Source: an uncultured Ruminococcus sp.
Lineage (GTDB): Bacteria > Bacillota > Clostridia > Oscillospirales > Acutalibacteraceae
DNA: 44,941 nt
Assembly (NCBI GenBank): GCA_902773165.1
Contig: CACYDO010000120.1
Coordinates: 1 to 44,941 of the forward strand
Direction: 5' to 3'
The notes beneath the pieces were generated by a model that was given only the letters and a program-made list of their open reading frames with translations, made no database searches and was not told the origin of the DNA. Below, piece after piece: positions 26,414-35,205 of this stretch. The position numbers and the translations under genes are program-made. Positions within the stretch are counted from its first letter, which is position 1; each line of letters opens with the position of its first letter.

Positions 26414-26578
26414 GCGCCCGGAGACAGTTCCGCCGGGTAGGCACCCGGAGACAGTTCCGCCGGGTAGGCGCCCGGAGACAGTTCTGCCGGGTAGGCGCCC
26501 GGAGACAGTTCTGCCGGGTAGGCACCCGGGGGCAATTCCGGGATAGTTAACAGTAAGCTATACATTATGCCGCGCCGG
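26380..26578 (-). repeat. Dispersed composite repeat, copy 5: six tandem 26/27-nt tail units plus head (minus orientation)
   Basis: Units start at 26380, 26406, 26433, 26460, 26487 and 26514. The plus-strand reading is CCGGGTAGGCGCCCGGAGACAGTTCCG and the minus-strand reading is CGGAACTGTCTCCGGGCGCCTACCCGG. Units differ by 1 to 4 nt, and the head-like GGCGCGG is at 26569-26576 (minus). Confidence 0.9.
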
Positions 26579-26636
26579 GAATTGTGTGTGTAGGATATTA
26601 GAACTTTATATTTATAAATAATATAAATACCAAGCC

Positions 26637-26729
26637 GAAAACGCGGCGATCAACTATCTGTCATACAAAAGTAAAAACGGAACCGTCAGCGGCGACACGC
26701 CGCCGGAACCGTCAGCGGCGACACGCCGC
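26637..26729 (+). repeat. Dispersed composite repeat, copy 6: head plus two identical 26-nt tail units
   Basis: GAAAACGCGGCGATCAAC.. head, AAAAGTAAAAACGGAAC, then CGGAACCGTCAGCGGCGACACGCCGC twice (26678-26703 and 26704-26729). Confidence 0.85.
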
Positions 26730-26872
26730 CGCTGCAATGGTTACAGAAAATTCATAAAAAAGGTAGATTTATTCTTACTTTTATGATATACTAATCAAGT
26801 TAGCCGTGCGCTGCGGCGACAGACGCGCGGAATATTATACATATGCGAGAGCATTCAGGAGGAACAGAAGAA

Positions 26873-28156
26873 ATGGAATTAAAAAATGTAAATAAGGTCG
26901 ATACAAATAAAGTCGAGCTTGAAATCGCTGTTGACGGCGAAACATTTACAAAAGCTATCAATAAGGTTTTCAAGCGTCAGTCTAAGAATATTTTGATCCC
27001 CGGATTCAGAAAGGGCAAGGCGCCGCGTTCCGTTGTCGAGAAGATGTACGGCAAAGAGGTTTTCTATGAGGACGCTATGAAGGAAGTTTACCCCGAAGCT
27101 GTTCAGGAAGCAGCAGACGAGGCTGAGCTCCGCACAGTTCCCGACAGAGTAGAGCTTGACGTTGTGGAGGTATCAGAGGATGGCTTTACATTTAAGGTAA
27201 AGCTCACAACATACCCCGAGGTTACGATCAGCGACTATAAGGGCATCGAGATCGAAGCTCTGTCCGACGAGGTAACAGACGAGAAGATCGACGAGGAAAT
27301 CCTCAACGCACGCAAGAGAGCAGGTTCTATCCAGACAATTACAGACAGAGCAGTAGAGAAGGACGATACGGCTGTTATCGACTTTGAAGGCTTTAAGGAC
27401 GGCGAGCCGTTTGAAGGCGGTAAGGGCGAGATGTACAATCTCGTTATCGGCAGCGGCAACTTTATCCCCGGCTTTGAGGATCAGATCATTGGTCACACAA
27501 CAGGCGAGGAGTTTACAGTCAACGTAACATTCCCAGAGGAGTATCAGGTTCCCGAGCTTGCAGGTCAGCCCGCAGAGTTTAAGGTAAAGCTTCATGAGAT
27601 CAAGGCAAGGATCCTTCCCGAACTTGACGACGAGTTCGTACAGGACGTAAGCTCAGAGTCCGAAACGGTTGAGCAGTACAGAGAAGAGATCTCCAAGGAG
27701 CTTGCAGAAACATTGAAGCAGCAGAGAGAAACAGATATCTCCAATAAGCTTGCAGACGCTCTTTCCGAGAAGGTAGAGGGTGAGATTCCTCAGGCAATGT
27801 ACGACAACCGCGTTACAGATATGCTTAAGGAAACAGAAATGCGCCTTCGTCAGCAGGGTCTTGATATGAACCTTTACATGCAGTACACAGGCATGACAGA
27901 GGATCTTCTCCGCGAGCAGTATGCAGAGGATGCAGAGAAGCAGGTAAAGCTCAGACTTGCTCTTGAAAAGATCGCAGAGCTTGAAGCTATCGAGCCGACA
28001 GCAGAGGAGCTTGACGAGGAGTACGGTAAGCTTGCAGAGATGTATAAGCTTGACGTTGAGAAGGTTAAGGAGCTTGTTCCCACAGAGGATATTACAAGAG
28101 ATGTATCTGTTTCCAAGGCAATGAATCTCGTTAAGGAAAACGCAAACATTAAGTGA
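26873..28156 (+). CDS. tig: Trigger factor
   Basis: It has the N-terminal ribosome-binding motif GFRKGKAP, a central FKBP-type PPIase region (..FEGF.DGE.FEGG..) and an acidic C-terminal arm. ATG at 26873 follows AGGAGGAA. Confidence 0.93.
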   Translation: MELKNVNKVDTNKVELEIAVDGETFTKAINKVFKRQSKNILIPGFRKGKAPRSVVEKMYGKEVFYEDAMKEVYPEAVQEAADEAELRTVPDRVELDVVEVSEDGFTFKVKLTTYPEVTISDYKGIEIEALSDEVTDEKIDEEILNARKRAGSIQTITDRAVEKDDTAVIDFEGFKDGEPFEGGKGEMYNLVIGSGNFIPGFEDQIIGHTTGEEFTVNVTFPEEYQVPELAGQPAEFKVKLHEIKARILPELDDEFVQDVSSESETVEQYREEISKELAETLKQQRETDISNKLADALSEKVEGEIPQAMYDNRVTDMLKETEMRLRQQGLDMNLYMQYTGMTEDLLREQYAEDAEKQVKLRLALEKIAELEAIEPTAEELDEEYGKLAEMYKLDVEKVKELVPTEDITRDVSVSKAMNLVKENANIK

Positions 28157-28372
28157 TATAATAAATAACATTACATCAGACTGCCGGATAAGATCTCTGT
28201 TCGGCAGCCTATGTGCAATTTGATCTAATCTCTTTTTTCAGAAAAAGAGTATAATTTTCCGTCAGCCGACTAAAATGTAACTGTGAGAAAAACAGCTGTC
28301 AGACTGTGGCATAAACAAAGGGCAAAATAGAATTCGACAGAGTTAAGAAGTTTATTCTTACGCATACAATTA

Positions 28373-28439
28373 TCGGCGCGGAAACCAATTGAATATTAAT
28401 ACAAAGTAAAATCGGAACAGCCCCCGGGCGCCTGCCCGG
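28373..28439 (+). repeat. Dispersed composite repeat, copy 7, ending 1 nt before the clpP SD region
   Basis: Head ATCGGCGCGGAAACCAATT is identical over 19 nt to the head of copy 8. This is followed by AAAGTAAAATCGGAAC, then hairpin CCGGGC-GCCT-GCCCGG (28424-28439). Confidence 0.8.
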
Positions 28440-28459
28440 TGAAAGGATATGATTATAAT

Positions 28460-29041
28460 ATGGCATTAGTACCTTATGTAGTAGAACAAACAAACAGAGG
28501 AGAGCGCTCTTACGATATTTATTCCAGACTTTTAAACGACAGAATCGTAATGCTTACAGACGAAGTAAACGATGCGTCGGCAAGCGTTGTCGTTGCACAG
28601 CTTTTATACCTTGAGGGTCAGGATCCCACTAAGGATATAAGCCTTTACATCAACAGCCCCGGCGGAAGCGTAACGGCAGGTATGTCTATCTTCGATACAA
28701 TGCAGTATATCAAATGCGACGTTTCTACGATCTGCATGGGTATGGCGGCTTCTATGGGCGCATTTCTTCTTGCTGCCGGAACAAAGGGAAAAAGACTTTC
28801 TCTTCCTAACAGCGAGATCATGATCCACCAGCCTCTCGGCGGTGCAAAGGGGCAGGCAACCGAGATCGAGATCGCCGCAAAGCACATTCTCCAGACTAAG
28901 AAAAAGCTCAATACTATTCTTGCAGAGCGCACAGGTCAGCCTTACGACAGAGTAGTTGCCGACACAGAGCGCGATAACTGGATGACAGATCAGGAAGCGA
29001 TGGAATACGGTCTTATCGACAAGGTGATCGAGCACAGATAA
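28460..29041 (+). CDS. clpP: ATP-dependent Clp protease proteolytic subunit ClpP
   Basis: [25 protein letters not shown]-terminus. The catalytic Ser context is GMAASMG and the His context is IMIHQP. Confidence 0.95.
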   Translation: MALVPYVVEQTNRGERSYDIYSRLLNDRIVMLTDEVNDASASVVVAQLLYLEGQDPTKDISLYINSPGGSVTAGMSIFDTMQYIKCDVSTICMGMAASMGAFLLAAGTKGKRLSLPNSEIMIHQPLGGAKGQATEIEIAAKHILQTKKKLNTILAERTGQPYDRVVADTERDNWMTDQEAMEYGLIDKVIEHR

Positions 29042-29086
29042 TTCCAATTAATAATTAACGACTCATTAGGGGAGCATTTGATAGTT

Positions 29087-30382
29087 ATGCCGAGCAGAAA
29101 TAATAACAGCGACAAAAGGGTAACATGCTCATTCTGCGGAAGATCGCAGGACGAGGTAGCAAAGATGATCGCAGGTAATGGCGTGTATATCTGCGATTCC
29201 TGCATCACTTTGTGCAGTTCGATCCTGGAAGAAGAAAAAAGCGTTAAAAGCAGGATCGGCAGGGGCAGATCGGGTTCGTCAAAGCCGAACCTTATAAAGC
29301 CCGAGGAAATGAAAAAATATCTTGACGAATATGTAGTCGGTCAGGACGAAGCGAAAAAAACGCTTTGCGTCGCCGTTTACAATCACTATAAAAGAATACG
29401 TTCGGCAGATTCCGGAGAGATCGACAAGAGCAATGTCGTACTTCTCGGCCCTACAGGCGTCGGAAAAACGCTGCTTGCATCAACGCTTGCAAAGGCGCTT
29501 GACGTTCCGTTTGCCATCGCCGACGCAACTACGCTTACAGAAGCAGGCTACGTAGGCGAGGACGTTGAGAATATTCTTCTTCGTCTTATTCAGGCTGCCG
29601 ACAACGATATCAAAAGAGCCGAGCAGGGCATCATCTACATCGACGAGATCGACAAGATCGGAAGAAAATCCGAGAATCCGTCTATAACAAGAGATGTCAG
29701 CGGCGAGGGCGTACAGCAGGCTCTTCTGAAAATCGTAGAAGGTACGATTGCAAACGTGCCGCCCCACGGAGGCAGAAAGCATCCGCAGTCGGAATATTTA
29801 AAAATTAACACGAAAAATATTCTCTTCATTTGCGGCGGTGCTTTTGACGGACTTGAAAAGGTCATTGAAAAGAGAAAAAGCTCTTCCTCTATGGGCTTCG
29901 GCGCAGAAGTCCACAGCAAGGATGAGTTCCGCAAGTCCGATTGGATGGGCGAGGTCGTTTCTCACGATCTTGTAAAATTCGGAATAATTCCGGAGCTTGT
30001 CGGGAGACTTCCCGTAATAGCGGCGCTTCATCCGCTTGACGAGGATTCTCTTGTTTCTATCCTCACCGAGCCGAAAAATTCCATCATCACTCAGTACAAA
30101 AAGCTGTTTGAAATGGATAATATCAAGCTGCGCTTTACCGATGACGCGCTTCGTGCTATTGCTCAGAAAGCGATCAAGCAGGAAACAGGCGCAAGAGGAC
30201 TTCGCGCTATTATGGAGGACGTTCTCGGCGAACTGATGTTTACATCGCCGTCAGATGAAACTATCACGAAGATCACTATCGGCGAGGACTGCGTAAACGG
30301 TCTTGATGTTGCAGATATCGAGAGAGATCTTTCAAAGCGCGTAAAGCAGATCAGTGAAGAAAAGAAAGACTCCGCATCTTAA
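29087..30382 (+). CDS. clpX: ATP-dependent Clp protease ATP-binding subunit ClpX
   Basis: The zinc finger is CSFCG....V...I.G..VYICDSC. Walker A is GPTGVGKT and Walker B is IIYIDEIDK. The GYVGEDV pore loop is present. Confidence 0.95.
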   Translation: MPSRNNNSDKRVTCSFCGRSQDEVAKMIAGNGVYICDSCITLCSSILEEEKSVKSRIGRGRSGSSKPNLIKPEEMKKYLDEYVVGQDEAKKTLCVAVYNHYKRIRSADSGEIDKSNVVLLGPTGVGKTLLASTLAKALDVPFAIADATTLTEAGYVGEDVENILLRLIQAADNDIKRAEQGIIYIDEIDKIGRKSENPSITRDVSGEGVQQALLKIVEGTIANVPPHGGRKHPQSEYLKINTKNILFICGGAFDGLEKVIEKRKSSSSMGFGAEVHSKDEFRKSDWMGEVVSHDLVKFGIIPELVGRLPVIAALHPLDEDSLVSILTEPKNSIITQYKKLFEMDNIKLRFTDDALRAIAQKAIKQETGARGLRAIMEDVLGELMFTSPSDETITKITIGEDCVNGLDVADIERDLSKRVKQISEEKKDSAS

Positions 30383-30412
30383 TGATAAGGCAGTCTTTTT
30401 ATACGATATTCC

Positions 30413-30450
30413 GCGCCCTTTTTAAAAGGGCGTGTTCTGCTAATTTTTTT
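30413..30450 (+). terminator. Possible terminator after clpX
   Basis: CGCCCTTTT/AAAAGGGCG palindrome, with a T-run starting about 12 nt downstream, so the geometry is imperfect. Confidence 0.4.
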
Positions 30451-30599
30451 ATTTATTCCCGGGGTACGTCCGGATAACATATTTTAATAACAGATTTTAA
30501 CCGGAGCATGACTAATACTGATACCTATAAAAAGCAGACAAATTATTTAGTTTGAATTCTATGGGTATTAGGAAAAACTCTGCTCAAAAGGGAGATCAT

Positions 30600-33053
30600 A
30601 TGATAGAAAGAATGAAGGAAATAGAGGGTTATACCGCCGCTGAGGTCGGAGTTATCCCTGTGCTGCCGCTGCGCGGTCTTGTTGTTTTTCCGAATTCCAT
30701 TATTCATCTGGAGTTGGGCAGAAGCGTATGCATTTCCGCCGTAAACTCAGCAATGAACGGAAACAGACTTATTTTCGTAACGGCGCAGAAAAATCCCCTT
30801 GTAGGAAATCCCGATCCGAAGGAAATATATCAGATCGGAACACTGGCAAAGGTAATTCAGACCGTTCGTCAGGCGGATCACACGCTGAAGGTGGTGCTTG
30901 AAGGCACTGCACGCGCCGCTGCCTACGACATCAAGAGTGAAAAGCTCTACATGAGAGCCGACGTTGTAAAGTATTCGCTCGACGAACAAGAGCCGACAAA
31001 GGAGCAGATCGCAAGACTGCGCCTGGTCAAGGTGATTTTTTCAGATTACGCAGAGCTTACTCCGAAGATTCCGAAGGATATCGAATACCGCGTAAAAATG
31101 GAGAATTCTCCCGAGAAGATCACCGACTTTGTTGCTTCAAATTCGATCATAGATTTTGAAGCTAAGCAGGAGCTTCTTGAAGAATTCAATATCGAACGCC
31201 GCCTTGATATGATGATCGCGATGCTTAAGAGCGACATTGAGATATTGTCAATTCAGCGCAATATAATGGAAAGAGCCAACGAGCTTATGGAGGAGGGACA
31301 GAAGGAATACTTCCTCCACGAGCAGATAAAGGCTATCCGCGAGGAGCTTGGCGAAGAGGATATCGAAGAGGAAGCCGACGATTTTAAAGAGAAGATAGAA
31401 GCGCTTAGTGTTCCCAAAGAGGTCAAAGAGCCTCTGCACAAGGAGTGCGGAAGACTGAAAAAGCTGCCTGATTCATCTCAGGAAGCTTTTACACTGCGAA
31501 CATATCTCGAAACGTGCCTGGAGCTTCCCTGGAACAAGTCCTCTAAAGATAAGATAGACATAAAATCGGTCGAGCGTGCGCTTGAAAAGAACCATTACGG
31601 TCTTACTAAGGTCAAGGAGAGGATCGTTGAATATCTGGCGGTCAGAAAGCTTTCTCCCGACGTTAAAGGTCAGATACTTTGCTTTGTAGGCCCTCCCGGC
31701 GTGGGTAAAACTTCTATCGCGCAGTCGATAGGCGCGGCGATCGGCAGAAAAGTAGAGCGCGTGGCGCTGGGCGGCGTTCATGATGAAGCGGAGATCCGCG
31801 GTCACAGACGCACCTACATAGCTGCGATGCCCGGAAGAATAATCTCCGCCGTAAAAGCGGCAGGTACGAATAATCCGCTTATTATTCTTGACGAGATCGA
31901 CAAGCTTGCAAACGATTACAAGGGCGACCCGACAAGCGCGCTGCTTGAAGTGCTTGACCCCGAGCAGAACAATACTTTCAGAGATCATTACATTGATCTT
32001 CCGTTTGACCTCAGCCGCGTAATGTTTATAACAACGGCGAACGACAAAAGCTCTATCCCCGCGCCGCTTAAGGACAGAATGGAGATCATAGATATCGGCA
32101 GCTATACGCGTGAGGAAAAATTCCATATCGCGAAAAAGCACCTTATCCCCAAGCAGCTTAAAAACTGCGGTCTGACCTCTGCGCAGTGCAAATTCTCTTC
32201 TTCGGCGATCTACGCAATAATAGACGGCTATACAAGCGAAGCAGGCGTGAGAAATCTTGAAAGAACGATCGCTTCTGCTATGCGCAAGGCTGCAAAGGGC
32301 GTTGCAGAGGGCGCGGAAGAAGAAAAGGTATATAAATTTGACTCCAAAAATATCGAGGATTACCTCGGACCGCGCAGGTATAAGGACGATGATCTTCCCG
32401 ACAAGCATTCTGTCGGTCTTGTGAACGGACTTGCATGGACGGCGGTCGGCGGCGTAACTCTTCCGATAGAAGCAGTTGCCGTTCCCGGAACAGGCAAGAT
32501 AGAGATAACAGGTTCTCTCGGAAACGTGATGAAGGAGTCGGCAAAAATTGCCGTGACCTGCGTTCGTGCAAGAGCTGAATCTCTCGGCATTTCCGCGGAT
32601 TTCCACAAGACAAATGATATCCACGTTCATGCGCTGGAGGGCGCGGTTCCGAAGGACGGACCGTCCGCAGGTATTACGATGACGACTGCGATCGTTTCTG
32701 CGCTTACAGGCAGGCCGGTAAACCGCTTTGTCGCAATGACCGGAGAGGTTTCTCTTCGCGGACGTGTTCTGCCGATAGGCGGCTTGAAGGAAAAAACGAT
32801 GGGTGCGCTCAAAGCAGGCGTTAAGACGGTTATTATTCCGAAGAAGAACGAATCAGATCTTCACGAGGTAGACGCGGCTGTTAAGGAAAAGCTGAACATT
32901 ATCCCTGTGGAAACGATAGACGATGTTTTCGAGATCGCTTTCACGCTTGATTCGACATATGAAAAAGAACCTGTAAAAAAACCGGCAAGAAAGAAGAAAA
33001 CGACGAAGTCTGAAAAGACAGAGGATAAACCTGCAGTTACAGCTGATATATAA
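30600..33053 (+). CDS. lon: ATP-dependent protease Lon (LonA) with a short Lys-rich C-terminal tail
   Basis: It has an N-terminal LON domain (PVLPLRGLVVFP). Walker A is GPPGVGKTS. The protease Ser motif is KDGPSAGIT and the Lys is in ..GGLKEK. ATG at 30600 follows GGGAGA. An alternative ATG is at 30612. Confidence 0.93.
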   Translation: MIERMKEIEGYTAAEVGVIPVLPLRGLVVFPNSIIHLELGRSVCISAVNSAMNGNRLIFVTAQKNPLVGNPDPKEIYQIGTLAKVIQTVRQADHTLKVVLEGTARAAAYDIKSEKLYMRADVVKYSLDEQEPTKEQIARLRLVKVIFSDYAELTPKIPKDIEYRVKMENSPEKITDFVASNSIIDFEAKQELLEEFNIERRLDMMIAMLKSDIEILSIQRNIMERANELMEEGQKEYFLHEQIKAIREELGEEDIEEEADDFKEKIEALSVPKEVKEPLHKECGRLKKLPDSSQEAFTLRTYLETCLELPWNKSSKDKIDIKSVERALEKNHYGLTKVKERIVEYLAVRKLSPDVKGQILCFVGPPGVGKTSIAQSIGAAIGRKVERVALGGVHDEAEIRGHRRTYIAAMPGRIISAVKAAGTNNPLIILDEIDKLANDYKGDPTSALLEVLDPEQNNTFRDHYIDLPFDLSRVMFITTANDKSSIPAPLKDRMEIIDIGSYTREEKFHIAKKHLIPKQLKNCGLTSAQCKFSSSAIYAIIDGYTSEAGVRNLERTIASAMRKAAKGVAEGAEEEKVYKFDSKNIEDYLGPRRYKDDDLPDKHSVGLVNGLAWTAVGGVTLPIEAVAVPGTGKIEITGSLGNVMKESAKIAVTCVRARAESLGISADFHKTNDIHVHALEGAVPKDGPSAGITMTTAIVSALTGRPVNRFVAMTGEVSLRGRVLPIGGLKEKTMGALKAGVKTVIIPKKNESDLHEVDAAVKEKLNIIPVETIDDVFEIAFTLDSTYEKEPVKKPARKKKTTKSEKTEDKPAVTADI

Positions 33054-33075
33054 GAGCCCACAAAGGAGTGATCCT

Positions 33076-33678
33076 ATGAATTTCAACAAAGCAGAATTTG
33101 AATTTGCCGTCGGCGCTGCTTCACAGCTAAAGCCATCGGAGCTGCCCGAGGTCATTTTTTCCGGGCGAAGCAACGTAGGTAAATCGTCGCTAATAAATAA
33201 GCTCGTCAACCGAAAGGCGCTTGCAAGAGTGAGCGCCACACCGGGCAAAACCGCTACGATCAATTTTTTCAGGGTAGACGAATTCCATCTCGTCGATCTT
33301 CCCGGCTACGGTTACGCGAAGGTTTCCAAATCGGAGAAGGATCGCTGGGCAAAGCTTATGGAGGGCTATTTCAATCAGGACAGGCGTTTTGCGCTTGTCG
33401 TACAGATAGTTGATATGCGCCATGCGCCGTCTAAGGACGATATGAACATGATAGACTATCTTTATCAAAGAGAGCTGCCCTTTATCATAGTGCTGACGAA
33501 AAAGGATAAGCTGAAAAAAACTCAGCAGCAAAAGCGCCTTGCCGAGCTAGAGCAGGAGCTTGCGGACTACAGCGATGTTCCGAAATTTCCGTTCTCGGCC
33601 GTGACCGGAGAAGGCGCGCAGGAGATAAGGGAATACATTGAAAAATGTGTAAATGAAGAAGCGGAAACGCTTTGTTAA
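33076..33678 (+). CDS. engB: Ribosome-biogenesis GTP-binding protein YsxC/EngB
   Basis: Motifs are GRSNVGKSSLIN, DLPGYGYA and TKKDK. It occupies the conserved position after lon. Confidence 0.93.
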   Translation: MNFNKAEFEFAVGAASQLKPSELPEVIFSGRSNVGKSSLINKLVNRKALARVSATPGKTATINFFRVDEFHLVDLPGYGYAKVSKSEKDRWAKLMEGYFNQDRRFALVVQIVDMRHAPSKDDMNMIDYLYQRELPFIIVLTKKDKLKKTQQQKRLAELEQELADYSDVPKFPFSAVTGEGAQEIREYIEKCVNEEAETLC

Positions 33679-33705
33679 ATTTCTATAAATTTTTCATATC
33701 TGGGT

Positions 33706-33734
33706 TTGACATAACACCGGGAACAATGTAAAAT
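33706..33734 (+). promoter_or_regulatory. Strong sigma-A-type promoter, leaving a leader of about 235 nt before the 33975 gene
   Basis: TTGACA (33706-33711), 17-nt spacer, TAAAAT (33729-33734). Confidence 0.65.
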
Positions 33735-33779
33735 AGATATGTTGAAAAGCTGAAGATCTGCGTAAATTAACGCGTATAT

Positions 33780-33868
33780 CGCTTTACATCATAATAAAAC
33801 GTATTCAACGCGCTTTACCGAAAAGCACCTCTGCCGAATTATCTGCAAAAGTGCCGACGGTAAAGCGC
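33780..33868 (+). promoter_or_regulatory. Structured 5' leader element of unknown class (11-bp perfect stem with a competing upstream partner)
   Basis: GCGCTTTACCG (33810-33820) pairs perfectly with CGGTAAAGCGC (33858-33868). An upstream CGCTTTAC (33780-33787) could pair with the same 3' arm instead. I could recognise no known riboswitch consensus. Confidence 0.4.
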
Positions 33869-33974
33869 TAATTGTGAACTTAATGCCGCATTGGATTTAT
33901 AAAGACAATATTTTTATTTATATACAGAACAGTAAAAGGCGGCTGATGCTGCCGATGAAATCGGAGGAAATCGT

Positions 33975-35204
33975 ATGAAAAGGATAGCTGCCGTAATTTT
34001 AGCGATCGGCATGTTGCTTTCGGCGACTTCATGCAATATGATAGTTAAGGAAGGGGAGGAGCAGTTCGACTACCCCGTTACGATCGGAAATCTTGTTTTG
34101 GAGCAGGCGCCGCAGAATATCGCGGTGCTGAGCGAGAATATTGCCGATGTCGTTATCACCTGTGGATTAGACGGCAAGCTTGCCGCTCGCAGTGATTCAT
34201 GCACGCAGGAATCTTTGTCAATACTTCCGTCGGTAGGAACTCCGGACAGCCCCGACATAGGCGGTTTGCAGCAGCTTGGCGTTGACCTGGTGCTTGCCGA
34301 TTGCAGTCTTAGCGATGAATCGGCGGAAAGGCTTGAAACGCTTGGGATAAATTCCCTTATCATAAAGCCTGCAAATGATATTACCTCATTGAGCAAGCTG
34401 TACAACAATGTCGCTGCCGCAGCAGCAGGCGGATATAACGGAAAAATGCAGGCGATGAGCAGCTTTGAAGCTCTTCGCGGTTCACTTGATACTATCAAGG
34501 CGAATACTTCTGAAAGCAACGTCGTTGCAACTACGTGCTATATTTATGATCTCGGTGAAGACGAATGCACAGTTGCTTACGGCAATGATTTTGCAAATCA
34601 GCTTTTTGAATATGCTTCTCTTACGAATATCGCAGCAGCCGATGATGACGGCGTTATCGGGATCGATACGCTTTTAAAGGGCAATCCCGACAGTATTTTC
34701 TGCGACACAGGCGTTTACGAAAAGCTTGCCGAAAACAAAGATCTTAAATCGCTTAAAGCGCTGACAGGCGGCACTGTTTATGAGCTGCCAAAAAAATATC
34801 TTAGTCTGCAAGGGTCGACCTGCGTTCAGACAACAGATTATATCGCTGCAAAAACTCACAAGGATTACGAGCAAACTCAGGGCTGGCCGGAGGAATTCAG
34901 CGCAAAGAAGACCGAGCCGCCATATGTTGCGCCTTTTGAGCCTAAAAAGGGTATATTCTACACCGTTGGCGAAAACTATGAGCCTATCAAGGCGATCGAG
35001 GAAAGACTTATTGGTCTGGGATATATGGAAGGCAGTGCCGACACAATGTTTACCGCAGAAACAGCGGAAGCTATCAGCGCCTTCCAGTCTTCAAACTCGC
35101 TCACCGTTACCGGAATTGCCGATTACGAAACACTGACTGTTCTGCTTTCATCAAAAGCAATTTCAAAATCGGATTCCGAAGAGGTTTCCGTAACGATCGA
35201 CTAA
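33975..35204 (+). CDS. Lipoprotein-like ABC substrate-binding protein (cluster A / BtuF-FhuD-type fold) fused to a C-terminal PG_binding_1-type peptidoglycan-binding domain
   Basis: The signal peptide is MKRIAAVILAIGMLLSATSC (Cys20). The Peripla_BP_2-like pattern is NIAVLSENIADVVITCGLDGKLAARSD..LPSVG...PD...L..LGVDLVLAD. The C-terminus IKAIEERLIGLGYM.G..D..F...T..AI..FQ....L.VTGI.D..T resembles the PG_binding_1 three-helix motif. Confidence 0.8.
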   Translation: MKRIAAVILAIGMLLSATSCNMIVKEGEEQFDYPVTIGNLVLEQAPQNIAVLSENIADVVITCGLDGKLAARSDSCTQESLSILPSVGTPDSPDIGGLQQLGVDLVLADCSLSDESAERLETLGINSLIIKPANDITSLSKLYNNVAAAAAGGYNGKMQAMSSFEALRGSLDTIKANTSESNVVATTCYIYDLGEDECTVAYGNDFANQLFEYASLTNIAAADDDGVIGIDTLLKGNPDSIFCDTGVYEKLAENKDLKSLKALTGGTVYELPKKYLSLQGSTCVQTTDYIAAKTHKDYEQTQGWPEEFSAKKTEPPYVAPFEPKKGIFYTVGENYEPIKAIEERLIGLGYMEGSADTMFTAETAEAISAFQSSNSLTVTGIADYETLTVLLSSKAISKSDSEEVSVTID

Positions 35205-35205
35205 G

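Noticed and set aside
26380-26540. The regular 27-nt periodic array could be mistaken for a CRISPR array.
   Set aside because: The units are directly contiguous with no unique spacers. The period of 26-27 nt is one repeat length only, and there are no cas genes or leader anywhere in the window. The unit is the tail module of the dispersed repeat family.
26215-26565. ORFs 26215..26550 (+, RRQFRRVG repeats) and 26353..26565 (-, PGAYPAELS repeats) look like repeat-containing or collagen-like proteins.
   Set aside because: They exist only because a 27-nt (9-codon) DNA repeat stays open in several frames. They have no SD and no non-repeat domain, and they overlap a well-supported CDS end.
28157-28459. 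I looked for CtsR (GGTCAAA repeats) or CIRCE (TTAGCACTC-N9-GAGTGCTAA) operators upstream of clpP and of lon (30383..30599).
   Set aside because: Neither consensus is present on either strand in these spacers.
31473-32630. A 385-aa minus-strand ORF lies inside lon. There are similar antisense ORFs in recJ (11008..11715), the Stealth gene (38919..39623), the GT2/TagF gene (41476..42066) and tig (27653..28171).
   Set aside because: All lie opposite genes with strong family motifs, lack ribosome-binding sites, and have atypical Cys/Arg/Leu-rich composition.
33735-33974. A cobalamin riboswitch might be expected upstream of the BtuF-like binding protein.
   Set aside because: I could not find a B12 box (approximately AGYCMGGAGACCKGCC) or the characteristic multi-stem junction by eye. 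It is therefore kept only as an unclassified structured leader, and an Infernal scan is needed.
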